Source: a bacterium (lineage in GTDB: Bacteria > Patescibacteriota > Microgenomatia > Curtissbacterales > GWA2-41-24). Taken from it: a DNA stretch of 56,265 nucleotides. The position numbers and the translations under genes were made by a program. Positions 1 to 7,707 of the stretch are shown here, in pieces (within the stretch, counting starts at the first letter, position 1; each line of letters opens with the position of its first letter). Under the pieces are notes generated by a model that saw only the letters and a program-made list of their open reading frames with translations, made no database searches and was not told the DNA's origin. The DNA lies in contig JAKALT010000006.1 in assembly GCA_021813125.1 (NCBI GenBank), forward strand, positions 1 to 56,265. The letters are read 5' to 3'.

Positions 1-1
1 C

Positions 2-100
2 TGGGAACTCAATAACAGACCAAGAAAGGTATTGAACTTTAATACCCCACAGGAGATACTTGGAAAAGAGCTAGGTGGTCGGATTCAAACTAGAATGTAG
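2..100 (+). mobile_element. IS30-family transposase, C-terminal fragment (5' part outside window)
   Basis: Frame 2 reads WELNNRPRKVLNFNTPQEILGKELGGRIQTRM*. The LNNRPRK-x-L-x3-TP tail is typical of IS30 transposase C-termini. Confidence 0.6.
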
Positions 101-309
101 CTCAACTCAATTTCTATATCCCCCATTGTAAAATGATCGAAATAATCTCTTTTCGGTTGCTCAACTACACTGGATTGGACACTCGAATCTGAATGGCTTA
201 TATCGAAATAGGTTTTTCCGCCGAAATACATTCCCACAACGGCGGCACCCACAGCACCCAATCTCAGGGTATTTTCTGCAACTCCCCTAGTTCTTTCACC
301 AAAATTCAT
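85..309 (-). CDS. hypothetical small protein (weak call)
   Basis: 74-aa ORF with one hydrophobic stretch (GAVGAAVVGMYFGG). No recognisable motif. It overlaps the end of the IS30 fragment. Confidence 0.15.
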   Translation of the reverse strand: MNFGERTRGVAENTLRLGAVGAAVVGMYFGGKTYFDISHSDSSVQSSVVEQPKRDYFDHFTMGDIEIELSYILV

Positions 310-391
310 ACGCCAAAATTATACCACTTGGCCCATAATAAGTGCATCAAAAGATGTCATAAAGTACGATTTATACATCAGGTGCAATACA

Positions 392-442
392 AAGGGCAGG
401 CCTTAACTTAGGTGGTTGCTGAACAAAGGCCTGCCCTTAACC
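392..442. repeat. palindromic intergenic hairpin element (REP-like), copy 1
   Basis: Arms AAGGGCAGGCCTT and AAGGCCTGCCCTT are separated by a ~25-nt loop. It belongs to the same family as the copies listed below. Confidence 0.85.
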
Positions 443-475
443 CTAGCCAGAAGGTCTAACCTTAGCGCAGGGTAA

Positions 476-580
476 CAAATTCTAAACCCGAAGCACGAAA
501 TCCGAAACAATTTTCTAATGTCTTAATTTTAAAATTCCAATTTTGATAATTTCGTATTTATTTCGAATTTCGAGTTTTAT
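476..580. repeat. degenerate 7-nt-period word array forming an ORF-less inverted pair
   Basis: The left arm contains ACGAAATCCGAAACAA. The reverse complement of the right arm is TCGAAATTCGAAATAA (13/16 match), with ~45 bp of AT-rich words between the arms. Confidence 0.6.
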
Positions 581-602
581 CCCTGGTTAATTTTCGTCTT
601 CC

Positions 603-632
603 TTGAACAGAATACGCAAACTCTGCTACAAT
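603..632 (+). promoter_or_regulatory. sigma70-like promoter candidate for the PEGA gene
   Basis: TTGAAC (603-608), 18-nt spacer, TACAAT (627-632), upstream of the 770 start. Confidence 0.4.
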
Positions 633-703
633 CCGCACTAGCCTTTGTAAAGGCCATGTCTTTTTCTGGCAATCGGCTTTTGCTAAGGCCTGACCTTAGC
701 TCC

Positions 704-766
704 ATGAACTATGAACCATGAACCATGAACCATGAACCATGAACTATGAACTATGAACTATGAACT
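704..766. repeat. perfect heptanucleotide tandem repeat (ATGAACY x9) abutting a start codon
   Basis: ATGAACT x1, ATGAACC x4, ATGAACT x4, then AAC and the gene start ATGAACC at 770. Confidence 0.95.
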
Positions 767-769
767 AAC

Positions 770-1963
770 ATGAACCTTGCCAAAAACCGAGTCCGCTACA
801 CAGCCTTTGTAATCATTTTTCTGGCCATTTTTGGACTCGTAGCCATTTTCTGGGCACGTGGTTTTAAGCCCAATTTTAGAACCGGCACCATCGAGCGCAC
901 AGGCCTTATTGTCGCCAATTCCGTCCCGACCGGCGCGCAGGTTTTTATAGACGACAGGCTAACCTCGGCCACCAACACCAACATTGCCTTTTTGGAACCC
1001 AAAACCTACAAAGTAAAAATCCAAAAAGACGGCTACACAACCTGGGAAAAAGAGATCGATGTCAGGGCCGACCTGGCAACCGAAATAAATGCCCTTCTCT
1101 TCCCGCTTGCGCCCCAAATATCGCCTCTTACAACAACTGGCGCCACAAACCCCACACTTTCGCCGGACGGCGCCAAAATCGTCTACGGTGTCTCAGGAAT
1201 AAATGGCGGAGCCTATATCCTGCCGGTTTCAGACAGCCTTCTGGCTTTTCGGCAAGGCACAAAGCTGATTGCCCGAAATACCTCAACGTTTGACTTTTCG
1301 CAAGGCCAGTTTGTCTGGGGCCCCGATTCCAAGCAACTTATTGCCCGTTTTCCAAAAAGCGACGGCACGGTAATTGCAAACCTTATGCTCGATTCCGACA
1401 CTTCTGACCAGCCGCTCCGCGATGTCACCGCATCTCTTACCGCCACAATTTCCGATTGGCAGCAGCAAATAAATTCACGCGCCCAAACCCTGGCGGTTCT
1501 GGCACCGGATGAAGTCAAATCCGCAACCCAAGCCGCGGCACCGGCTTCCCCTTCCCCATCGCCACAAGCCTCACCGGTAGCGCAGCCAACCGTAAACAAG
1601 TTAATCAATTACTACCCTACAGGTTTAATGTTTTCTGCGGATGAAGAAAAGGTCCTGTACTTGGACAAAAACGGCAAACACCATGTATACGATATCAAGG
1701 CCAAAAAGCAGTACACCTTGCCGGATTTTACGGATCTTGTAAACATCACCTGGTTTCCTGATTCGGCCCATCTTGTTATTGCCCAAAAAAACCAGATATC
1801 GATTATTGAATCGGACGGAGGCAACAAAATGGCAATCTATTCCGGGAAATTCGACTACGGCTTTGTCTTTGCCCACCCTTCGGCCTCCAAGCTGATAATC
1901 TTAACCACCCTCACCCAACCCGAAGGCACACCCAATAACCTCTACGCGGTAAATCTGAAGTGA
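770..1963 (+). CDS. membrane-anchored PEGA-domain protein with TolB-like beta-propeller repeats
   Basis: N-terminal TM helix. PEGA-like segment SVPTGAQVFIDDRL...YKVKIQKDGYTTWEKEIDV. Repeated SPDG/GPDS propeller-like motifs (LSPDGAKIVYG, VWGPDSKQLIA, TWFPDSAHLVIA). Confidence 0.7.
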   Translation: MNLAKNRVRYTAFVIIFLAIFGLVAIFWARGFKPNFRTGTIERTGLIVANSVPTGAQVFIDDRLTSATNTNIAFLEPKTYKVKIQKDGYTTWEKEIDVRADLATEINALLFPLAPQISPLTTTGATNPTLSPDGAKIVYGVSGINGGAYILPVSDSLLAFRQGTKLIARNTSTFDFSQGQFVWGPDSKQLIARFPKSDGTVIANLMLDSDTSDQPLRDVTASLTATISDWQQQINSRAQTLAVLAPDEVKSATQAAAPASPSPSPQASPVAQPTVNKLINYYPTGLMFSADEEKVLYLDKNGKHHVYDIKAKKQYTLPDFTDLVNITWFPDSAHLVIAQKNQISIIESDGGNKMAIYSGKFDYGFVFAHPSASKLIILTTLTQPEGTPNNLYAVNLK

Positions 1964-1998
1964 AAAGTGCAAAGTGAATAGTGCATAGTGAACGGATA

Positions 1999-2372
1999 CT
2001 AATATCTCGCAATCACTACATTAATCATTCTCGATAACATTTTGATTACTTCTTCGTATTTTAAAGAGAGCCGCTCCGCCTTATCCTTTGAAATATCACC
2101 TGTCTCACCAAGAACCAGAATCCAGTACAAGGTTTCTCCGGCAGATCCCCTGGCAACCTCAAGATACGAAACATAAGCCTTTCCCTTATGGGTATAAAGC
2201 CTTCAACTATATTAGCTGGAACGGAAAATGCAGACCGCAAAGCTTGTCTAAAAATTTCATAATTTAGCTGAGTCTTTCTAGCGTTTTTGGAGAAGTTAAA
2301 AACATCCATTGCAAGCTCGTGAGACACTTGCCAAACAATTAAATCCCTAAAACTTTTTATCGTTGTATTCAT
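1999..2372 (-). pseudogene. four-helix-bundle protein (23S rRNA intervening-sequence protein family), frameshifted
   Basis: The N-terminal part (FRDLIVWQ...FSVPANIVEGF) is typical of the family. The conserved C-terminal part (YTHKGKAYVSYLEVARGSAGETLYWILVLGE...) continues in another frame down to the stop at 1999-2001. One missing base in the A/T run at 2196-2198 restores the frame. Confidence 0.8.
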
Positions 2373-2410
2373 TCACTACTCACTATTCACTTATCACTGT
2401 ACACTTATCC

Positions 2411-3517
2411 CTACTTATGCGATGCCACGCAGTAATTGAAGGCAATCGGCGCCCCGTTGGGAACCGAAAGCTTGCACTTTGCGGTAGAAGAAGTGTTGGC
2501 TTGGGGATCTGTTGGGTCTTCGAGCTTTGCCCATAATTCGTAATACGAACCGACAGGGTCCGAATAATACGCGTAAAAGTAGCCGCTCCCGGAAGGTGGC
2601 AGTTCTGGTGGTGTAGTTGGCGAAGGTGTCGGTGTTGGGGTTGCAGCTGGACATGGAATTGTCAAAGCTTGGCCGGCTCCATAAGTCGTAGGCCCAGCAG
2701 AATGGTCTGCAGCCCTTGTCCAAACCTGAGCACTCTCGGATTGCCAAGCACCCTTAAAAGTGATGTCCCAATTTATCGTTAGAGTCGTACCCGAACCGGA
2801 AAAAGAAGTAGTTACACGATCCAAATCTGCATAGCTGTTTCCATTACCATTTCCCGACCATAACCACGTTCCGGAATCATCTTTTACTCCAAAATCCTGT
2901 ATATCATTATTCAAAACCGCTAAAAATGCCCCTTGTGGAGCAGCAGTTACATCATAAGTATTCGTACTATTAATCAATATATAAGCATACAGGATATCGC
3001 TATAACCCGCTGAATCTTCATACGTCGCTGTAAAACGGTATTTGGTGCCATAATTCACACACGCTGGGCCTGTCACCGTCCCACTAACAAGTATCACAGC
3101 ATACACGGGTTTTGGCTCAAGATTCTTTAAAATACCCAAAAATCTTGAGCGAAGATCTGCTATAAAAACACCACTAGCTGCCTGCTTGGGGTCTCTCGGA
3201 ATTGTCCTGAAATAGGGGTTCAAGTTCGGTATCCAGTTGTCACCGGTTTGTGAAGTGTAATTTCCGGAAATGTAATGAAAACCTTTATCCGTGTAATATT
3301 GCTCCAGTGCATTGGCAATTTGTGCAAGATTTGCCTTGCGTGTGCCGTCTCTTGCTTTTATGGTCCCATTAACGACCCCAAAGGTAACCACCGAACCGAT
3401 AATCCCTAAAATGGCGATGACAATTAAAAGCTCAATTAAGGTGAAACCAAAAAGCTTTCTGTTTAAAATGCTAAGCCTTCTATTTAACCTCTCCTCTAAG
3501 GGAGTTAATCTTCTCAA
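2411..3517 (-). CDS. type IV pilin-like protein (prepilin N-terminal cleavage/methylation domain)
   Basis: G|FTLIELLIVIAILGIIG motif after a ~24-aa leader. PT-rich linker. C-terminal YYELWAKLEDPTDP...NYCV motif shared with the 6712 and 9447 paralogs. Confidence 0.85.
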   Translation of the reverse strand: MRRLTPLEERLNRRLSILNRKLFGFTLIELLIVIAILGIIGSVVTFGVVNGTIKARDGTRKANLAQIANALEQYYTDKGFHYISGNYTSQTGDNWIPNLNPYFRTIPRDPKQAASGVFIADLRSRFLGILKNLEPKPVYAVILVSGTVTGPACVNYGTKYRFTATYEDSAGYSDILYAYILINSTNTYDVTAAPQGAFLAVLNNDIQDFGVKDDSGTWLWSGNGNGNSYADLDRVTTSFSGSGTTLTINWDITFKGAWQSESAQVWTRAADHSAGPTTYGAGQALTIPCPAATPTPTPSPTTPPELPPSGSGYFYAYYSDPVGSYYELWAKLEDPTDPQANTSSTAKCKLSVPNGAPIAFNYCVASHK

Positions 3518-3574
3518 AGTGTGTAATTAAATTGTGCAACCGCGACGCGACATTAGTCAAACGTAAGGCTCACA

Positions 3575-3622
3575 TAAGGGCAGGCCTTAACTCAGGTGAA
3601 TCTCGACAAAGGCCTGACCTCC
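3575..3622. repeat. REP-like hairpin, copy 2 (followed by CTGGAAA/CTAGTTG heptamer tail to 3665)
   Basis: TAAGGGCAGGCCTTAAC-loop-GACAAAGGCCTGACCT. Confidence 0.85.
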
Positions 3623-3660
3623 ATACTAGTCTCTGGAAACTGGAATCTAGTTGCTAGTTG

Positions 3661-4083
3661 CTACGAAATTATAAATGCAATCACACCAGATACTTCCCTA
3701 TCGCCTCTCATCAAAACCGCCTTATAGCTTCCTTTCGGTAAGTTACGAAAAGCGTGAGAAGACCTGCCTTCTGAAATTACACCGCTGTCAAAAGATGGTA
3801 TATTTTCATTCGTATTACTCACCTTTAAATTAATCCTGCCGTCCGAAGGCGGGTAGAAAGAAATACTGGTCTTTTCGCCGTCAATCTTTGCCGGCTGGAT
3901 AACCCACAATTCATCTTGCTTATCTTTCACGCATACCCTGTCCGTAGGCCTTACCAAACACGCAACTTTTTCTGGAAAAGGCCGGTTTTGCCCCAAAAGC
4001 CCAAAGGAGGTCGCAACTCCTGCCACGAGCAACAAAAATGAAAATGTCGCAATAAAGAGAAGGTCGGAAAAGCCCCTTTTCAT
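3661..4083 (-). CDS. small N-terminally anchored protein; its ectodomain is a paralog of the last domain of the upstream dockerin protein
   Basis: Start chosen at MKRGFSDLLFIATFSFLLLVAG (TM helix), 17 bp after the stop of the 4100 gene. Its RINLKVSNTNENIPSFDSGVISEG...LPKGSYKAVL...IAFIIS aligns with NINLVVISSNTGDRGFDSGPIPSG...APVGNYTAAL...IQFVIQ of 4100..5551. Confidence 0.6.
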   Translation of the reverse strand: MKRGFSDLLFIATFSFLLLVAGVATSFGLLGQNRPFPEKVACLVRPTDRVCVKDKQDELWVIQPAKIDGEKTSISFYPPSDGRINLKVSNTNENIPSFDSGVISEGRSSHAFRNLPKGSYKAVLMRGDREVSGVIAFIIS

Positions 4084-4099
4084 TTTAACGATATTGCTC

Positions 4100-5551
4100 T
4101 TACTGAATAACGAATTGAATGCTGTTGGAAATTTTAGAAGTACCATAATAAAGTGCTGCCGTATAATTACCAACCGGTGCATTCTGCCAAATCACAGACT
4201 GTGATCCTGAAGGGATTGGTCCGCTATCAAAACCCCGGTCTCCAGTGTTTGAACTGATAACAACTAAATTGATATTACCGTTAGAACCCGGAGTAAAGTT
4301 AAAAACTACATTTATACCTGCTGTGGTTGGCAATACGTTTGCACCAATAAGTGTCCAGCTGGTAGGAGTCGGCGTTGTGGCTGGTGTTGGGCTGGGTTTT
4401 GGCGATGGATACGCAGTTGGGGAAGGTGAGGGGCTTGAAACAACATTAACAGTAACCGAAGCCTTGGCGCTTCCACCCGGACCTGTGCAACTTGCGATAT
4501 AGTTGGTTGTTTGGGTTAAATTACCTGTTGGCTGCTGGCCTGTTGTTCCTTTCCACCCTGGAGGAAAAACTTCGCATGAACTTGCATTTGTTGAGGTCCA
4601 GAAAATTGTAGTTGACGTGTTGAAGGGAATGGTTGTGCTTGCGGCAGATATTTTTACTGTTGGTGGTGGACTTTGGACCGGAAAGGTAACTGTATTTGAA
4701 GCCTGCGCATCATTAGAAAATACCAAAGTGGCAGAATATGTGCCCTGCGGAAGCGCTGCTGTCGTTGCCAGGTTCCAGGGTATCGTTGTCTGTCCCGCCG
4801 GAATCGGCCCCAGCTTGGCAACAACCGATCCGGCTGGATTCTTAATTACCAAAAAAATTCCTCCAGCACTTTGTGGTGAAGTAGTAAAAACAACCGAAGT
4901 CGTACTTAAAGAACCGACACTCAAACTATAGCTGCACTTCTGACCTACGAGTGAAAAAACCCGCTGGGCATCAGCAGCAGAAACTTTTCCGTCACCATTT
5001 AGATCATAATTTGCGTCATACGGCTTCTTATTTTGAAACACTGAAAAGACAAGTTGAGCATCTTGTGCCGTTACAACCCCATCGTGGTTAACATCCGCCT
5101 TACATACAAGAAGGTTCAAACTTACTATCAGGTTAGTATTATTGCTGCTTGAAACACACATTGCGTTTAAGGTGATATCTTTTACGGAAACCCCGTATGT
5201 TCCCTCAAGGGATGGTGCCGTTAGTGTTAATGTGCCGGGACCTACTCTTGTACCACTGGCATTTTGGATAGAATTTGGGGAAAAAATCTCCACCTCAAAT
5301 GTATCCTTTGCCACACTTGTTTGGTCTGGGGCAGAAACATAGGTTGACACAGGGGTGGCCGGTGCAACTATGGTCGGCAAAAAACTATAACTGCAAACCC
5401 CTGCCGCCCTTGTACCGGGTTTGCCCGCCAAAATAATAAACACAACAAGGAAACCCATTGCCAGCATAGTGGCAGCACTCACAACAAATGCAACAATTGT
5501 ATTCTTTTGGGATTTCGTTAAATTGTGAAAGTTAACAAGGTTATCCGACAT
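4100..5551 (-). CDS. membrane-anchored Ig-like repeat protein with an internal dockerin-type double Ca-binding repeat
   Basis: N-terminal TM helix. DVNHDGVVTAQDAQLVFSVF and DLNGDGKVSAADAQRVFSLV match the dockerin/EF-hand pattern DxNxDGxVxxxD. PSPSP linker. Confidence 0.7.
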   Translation of the reverse strand: MSDNLVNFHNLTKSQKNTIVAFVVSAATMLAMGFLVVFIILAGKPGTRAAGVCSYSFLPTIVAPATPVSTYVSAPDQTSVAKDTFEVEIFSPNSIQNASGTRVGPGTLTLTAPSLEGTYGVSVKDITLNAMCVSSSNNTNLIVSLNLLVCKADVNHDGVVTAQDAQLVFSVFQNKKPYDANYDLNGDGKVSAADAQRVFSLVGQKCSYSLSVGSLSTTSVVFTTSPQSAGGIFLVIKNPAGSVVAKLGPIPAGQTTIPWNLATTAALPQGTYSATLVFSNDAQASNTVTFPVQSPPPTVKISAASTTIPFNTSTTIFWTSTNASSCEVFPPGWKGTTGQQPTGNLTQTTNYIASCTGPGGSAKASVTVNVVSSPSPSPTAYPSPKPSPTPATTPTPTSWTLIGANVLPTTAGINVVFNFTPGSNGNINLVVISSNTGDRGFDSGPIPSGSQSVIWQNAPVGNYTAALYYGTSKISNSIQFVIQ

Positions 5552-5643
5552 GCAGGCAAATGGTCAACTTTATTACTCTATAATTCATTATCTGCACAAC
5601 CAAACCTTTCTTGTCAATAGGGGTTGGTCACAAGACATCTTAG

Positions 5644-5695
5644 CTAAGGTCAGGCCTTAACTCAGGTGAATCTTGACAAAGGCCTGACCTTCACC
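5644..5695. repeat. REP-like hairpin, copy 3
   Basis: CTAAGGTCAGGCCTTAAC-loop-GACAAAGGCCTGACCTT. The loop is near-identical to that of copy 2. Confidence 0.9.
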
Positions 5696-5765
5696 CTGGT
5701 CTCTGGAAACTGGAATCTAGTCGCTAGTCGCTAGTCGCTAGTCGCTAGTTGCTAATCACTGACTC
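5696..5765. repeat. heptamer word array (CTGGTCT CTGGAAA CTGGAAT CTAGTCG x4 CTAGTTG CTAATCA CTGACTC)
   Basis: Ten consecutive 7-nt units, each starting with CT. The array runs into the stop codon of the sortase gene. Confidence 0.9.
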
Positions 5766-6436
5766 TGCCCCGCCGCCGGTTCGGCAATAACCAGAAGCCG
5801 TTTCCAGGTTGTGCCCGGAGGGTAGCATGTCTGAAGGACCAATAATTGTTTATCTGTTTTAAGCGTAAAATAAGAAACGTCCTCGGGATCCGTTATCTTG
5901 GTCTGGTTAACAACATAATCATGCCTTCTCCCCTGGAAAAAAACCACTACCCTGTCACCCGGCACCAGATCCTTCAAAAGATAAAAAACAGCATTAAATC
6001 TTGGAACGTTAAAAATCGTATCCGTTGAATGGGCAAAAAGGTAAGTCACACCGGGCTCGCCAGGGAAAGCTGTTCCTAAAGCATGGGCAACTCCGCGTCT
6101 CAAAGCCGCGTTATAAGCGTTTTTATTGGAAGCATCCACATTGGGAACAACCGGCGCATCGGCACCAATTTTTTCCACAATTATCGAAAAATTAGGGTCT
6201 TTTGGGACTAAAACGTCTACATTTGATTCAGGCTTGCCCAGAAGCGACCCGAACGTTTGTGTGCCGGAAGCAGCAACCGACGCCGCTTCAAATTTTTTCC
6301 CGGTCAAGTTGTCAAAAGAATGGCCGACAAATGCCTTACCGACAGGCCAAAATGTATAGCCGATCGCCAGTAAGGACCCCAAAACCAGAACGTTGCCAAT
6401 TGTCCTGATGGCCAGAATTTTCTTGTCTACATACAT
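5756..6436 (-). CDS. sortase family transpeptidase
   Basis: N-terminal TM helix. Catalytic His context (YLFAHS), TLxTC-type Cys motif (LVLQTC) and downstream Arg (WKRLLV). Confidence 0.8.
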   Translation of the reverse strand: MYVDKKILAIRTIGNVLVLGSLLAIGYTFWPVGKAFVGHSFDNLTGKKFEAASVAASGTQTFGSLLGKPESNVDVLVPKDPNFSIIVEKIGADAPVVPNVDASNKNAYNAALRRGVAHALGTAFPGEPGVTYLFAHSTDTIFNVPRFNAVFYLLKDLVPGDRVVVFFQGRRHDYVVNQTKITDPEDVSYFTLKTDKQLLVLQTCYPPGTTWKRLLVIAEPAAGQSQ

Positions 6437-6465
6437 CTAACTTAATTAAACTCTAAACACCCAAC

Positions 6466-6668
6466 TAAGGCCAGGCCTTTCAGTTTTCCAAGGCCTGGCC
6501 TTAGGACAAAAGTTTCGTTATCTGATGCCATAAGGCTTGGTCTTAAACCTAGTAAAGGGCAGGCCTTAACAAAGAGTTTCTCGGCACAAAGGCCTGCCCT
6601 TAATCCTAAAGACGTCTGACCTTGAGACAAAAGTTTCGTTACTGATGCCCTAGGCCTGCCCTTATCCC
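6466..6668. repeat. composite cluster of REP-like hairpins with an internal ~30-bp direct repeat
   Basis: Short-loop copy at 6466-6505 and full copy at 6553-6606. Half-sites follow. GACAAAAGTTTCGTTA(T)CTGATGCC is repeated at ~6505 and ~6625. Confidence 0.8.
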
Positions 6669-6711
6669 AACCAAATTGACAAACGTAGGCCCAAGATCTA
6701 AAAATAGATCA

Positions 6712-7701
6712 ATGCCCCTTATCAAACTCAAAACTCAAAACTCAAAACTCAAAATTTGGCGTTTGGAATTTGGAGTTTGGAAATTAAGGAAGGGTTTTAC
6801 CCTCATCGAAATTCTGGTCGTTATAGGCATAATCGGCATCCTGGCCGGAACAACCACCGTTTCTTTCTCTCGATCCCAAGTTAAAACAAGGGATTCGCAG
6901 AGAAAAAACGACCTGCAAACCATAAAATCCGCCTTAAACCTTTACTTCCAGCAAAACCAAAAATATCCCCCAGCGGCTTCGGGCGGAGGTGTCCCGAACG
7001 ATTACACTTCATTCAACGGATTAACACCTTGGATTACAGATTTAACTTCGCAGTACATCGCAAATCTCCCCAAAGACCCTTCTCAAACCGCTTCTAATTT
7101 CTTCCAAAACATGCTGGCATCTATTGAAAACTTTAAGTTGGTCGGCACAGTGCTGGCAGGAGGCGGAGGGGGTGGTTGTGCAAGCCAGGCAGCTGCTTTT
7201 GCTGCTTACAATACTGCTACCCACACCATAGATGGCGTTAGCATGCTCTGCTATGGATCCGGTTACTCAGTAGCTCCTTATGTTGTCTTCACCGGCTGTT
7301 CGGATGGAAGTACAGTGCAGGCAACAGCCACTGCCCATCTGGGCGGCGTTGCGCCTCCGGACGGAGTCGGATCAATTACTATGGATACACCCGGCTCCGG
7401 TTATACATGCACGCCTACAGTCAATATCGGCCCGCCTCCAGGCACTGCCCTACCGCCTCCCCCTCCACCGCCTCCCGGCCCAACCCCATATGCGACGCCC
7501 GCTCCGGCCACCGGCTGTATCGTCGCCAGCCCGCCAACGCAATTCTTCTATTGCTATTCGGTAAACGACGCAAGGACCCGTTTTAAGCTTTGGGCAAGGC
7601 TCGAAAACACAACGGATCCTGAACTCGCTTCCAACTCAAGCGCGCCTTGTTTCGACGCAGGTTTCCGCCCGCTTTTAAACTACTGTGTAGATTCCGACTA
7701 A
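6712..7701 (+). CDS. type IV pilin-like protein
   Basis: ATG at 6712 gives a 30-aa leader ending RKG|FTLIEILVVIGIIGILAG. Poly-Gly and poly-Pro tracts. C-terminal RFKLWARLENTTDPE...NYCV motif. Confidence 0.85.
   Translation: MPLIKLKTQNSKLKIWRLEFGVWKLRKGFTLIEILVVIGIIGILAGTTTVSFSRSQVKTRDSQRKNDLQTIKSALNLYFQQNQKYPPAASGGGVPNDYTSFNGLTPWITDLTSQYIANLPKDPSQTASNFFQNMLASIENFKLVGTVLAGGGGGGCASQAAAFAAYNTATHTIDGVSMLCYGSGYSVAPYVVFTGCSDGSTVQATATAHLGGVAPPDGVGSITMDTPGSGYTCTPTVNIGPPPGTALPPPPPPPPGPTPYATPAPATGCIVASPPTQFFYCYSVNDARTRFKLWARLENTTDPELASNSSAPCFDAGFRPLLNYCVDSD
6724..6785. repeat. heptamer word array inside the pilin leader coding sequence
   Basis: AAAACTC x4 followed by TTTGGCG/TTTGGAA/TTTGGAG/TTTGGAA. 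The array encodes KLKTQNSKLKIWRLEFGVWKL. Confidence 0.9.
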
Positions 7702-7707
7702 AATTAA

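Noticed and set aside
193-411. 72-aa plus-strand ORF
   Set aside because: It overlaps the opposite-strand ORF and runs into a hairpin repeat. It is His/Cys/Lys-rich with no start context and is probably non-coding.
5696-5765. Possible CRISPR array (regularly spaced short repeats)
   Set aside because: The units are 7 nt and contiguous, with no spacers, and no cas genes are in the window. These are micro-repeat word arrays, not CRISPR.
6442-6630. 62-aa minus-strand ORF
   Set aside because: It lies entirely within the cluster of palindromic hairpin repeats. The reading frame is a by-product of the GC-rich arms.
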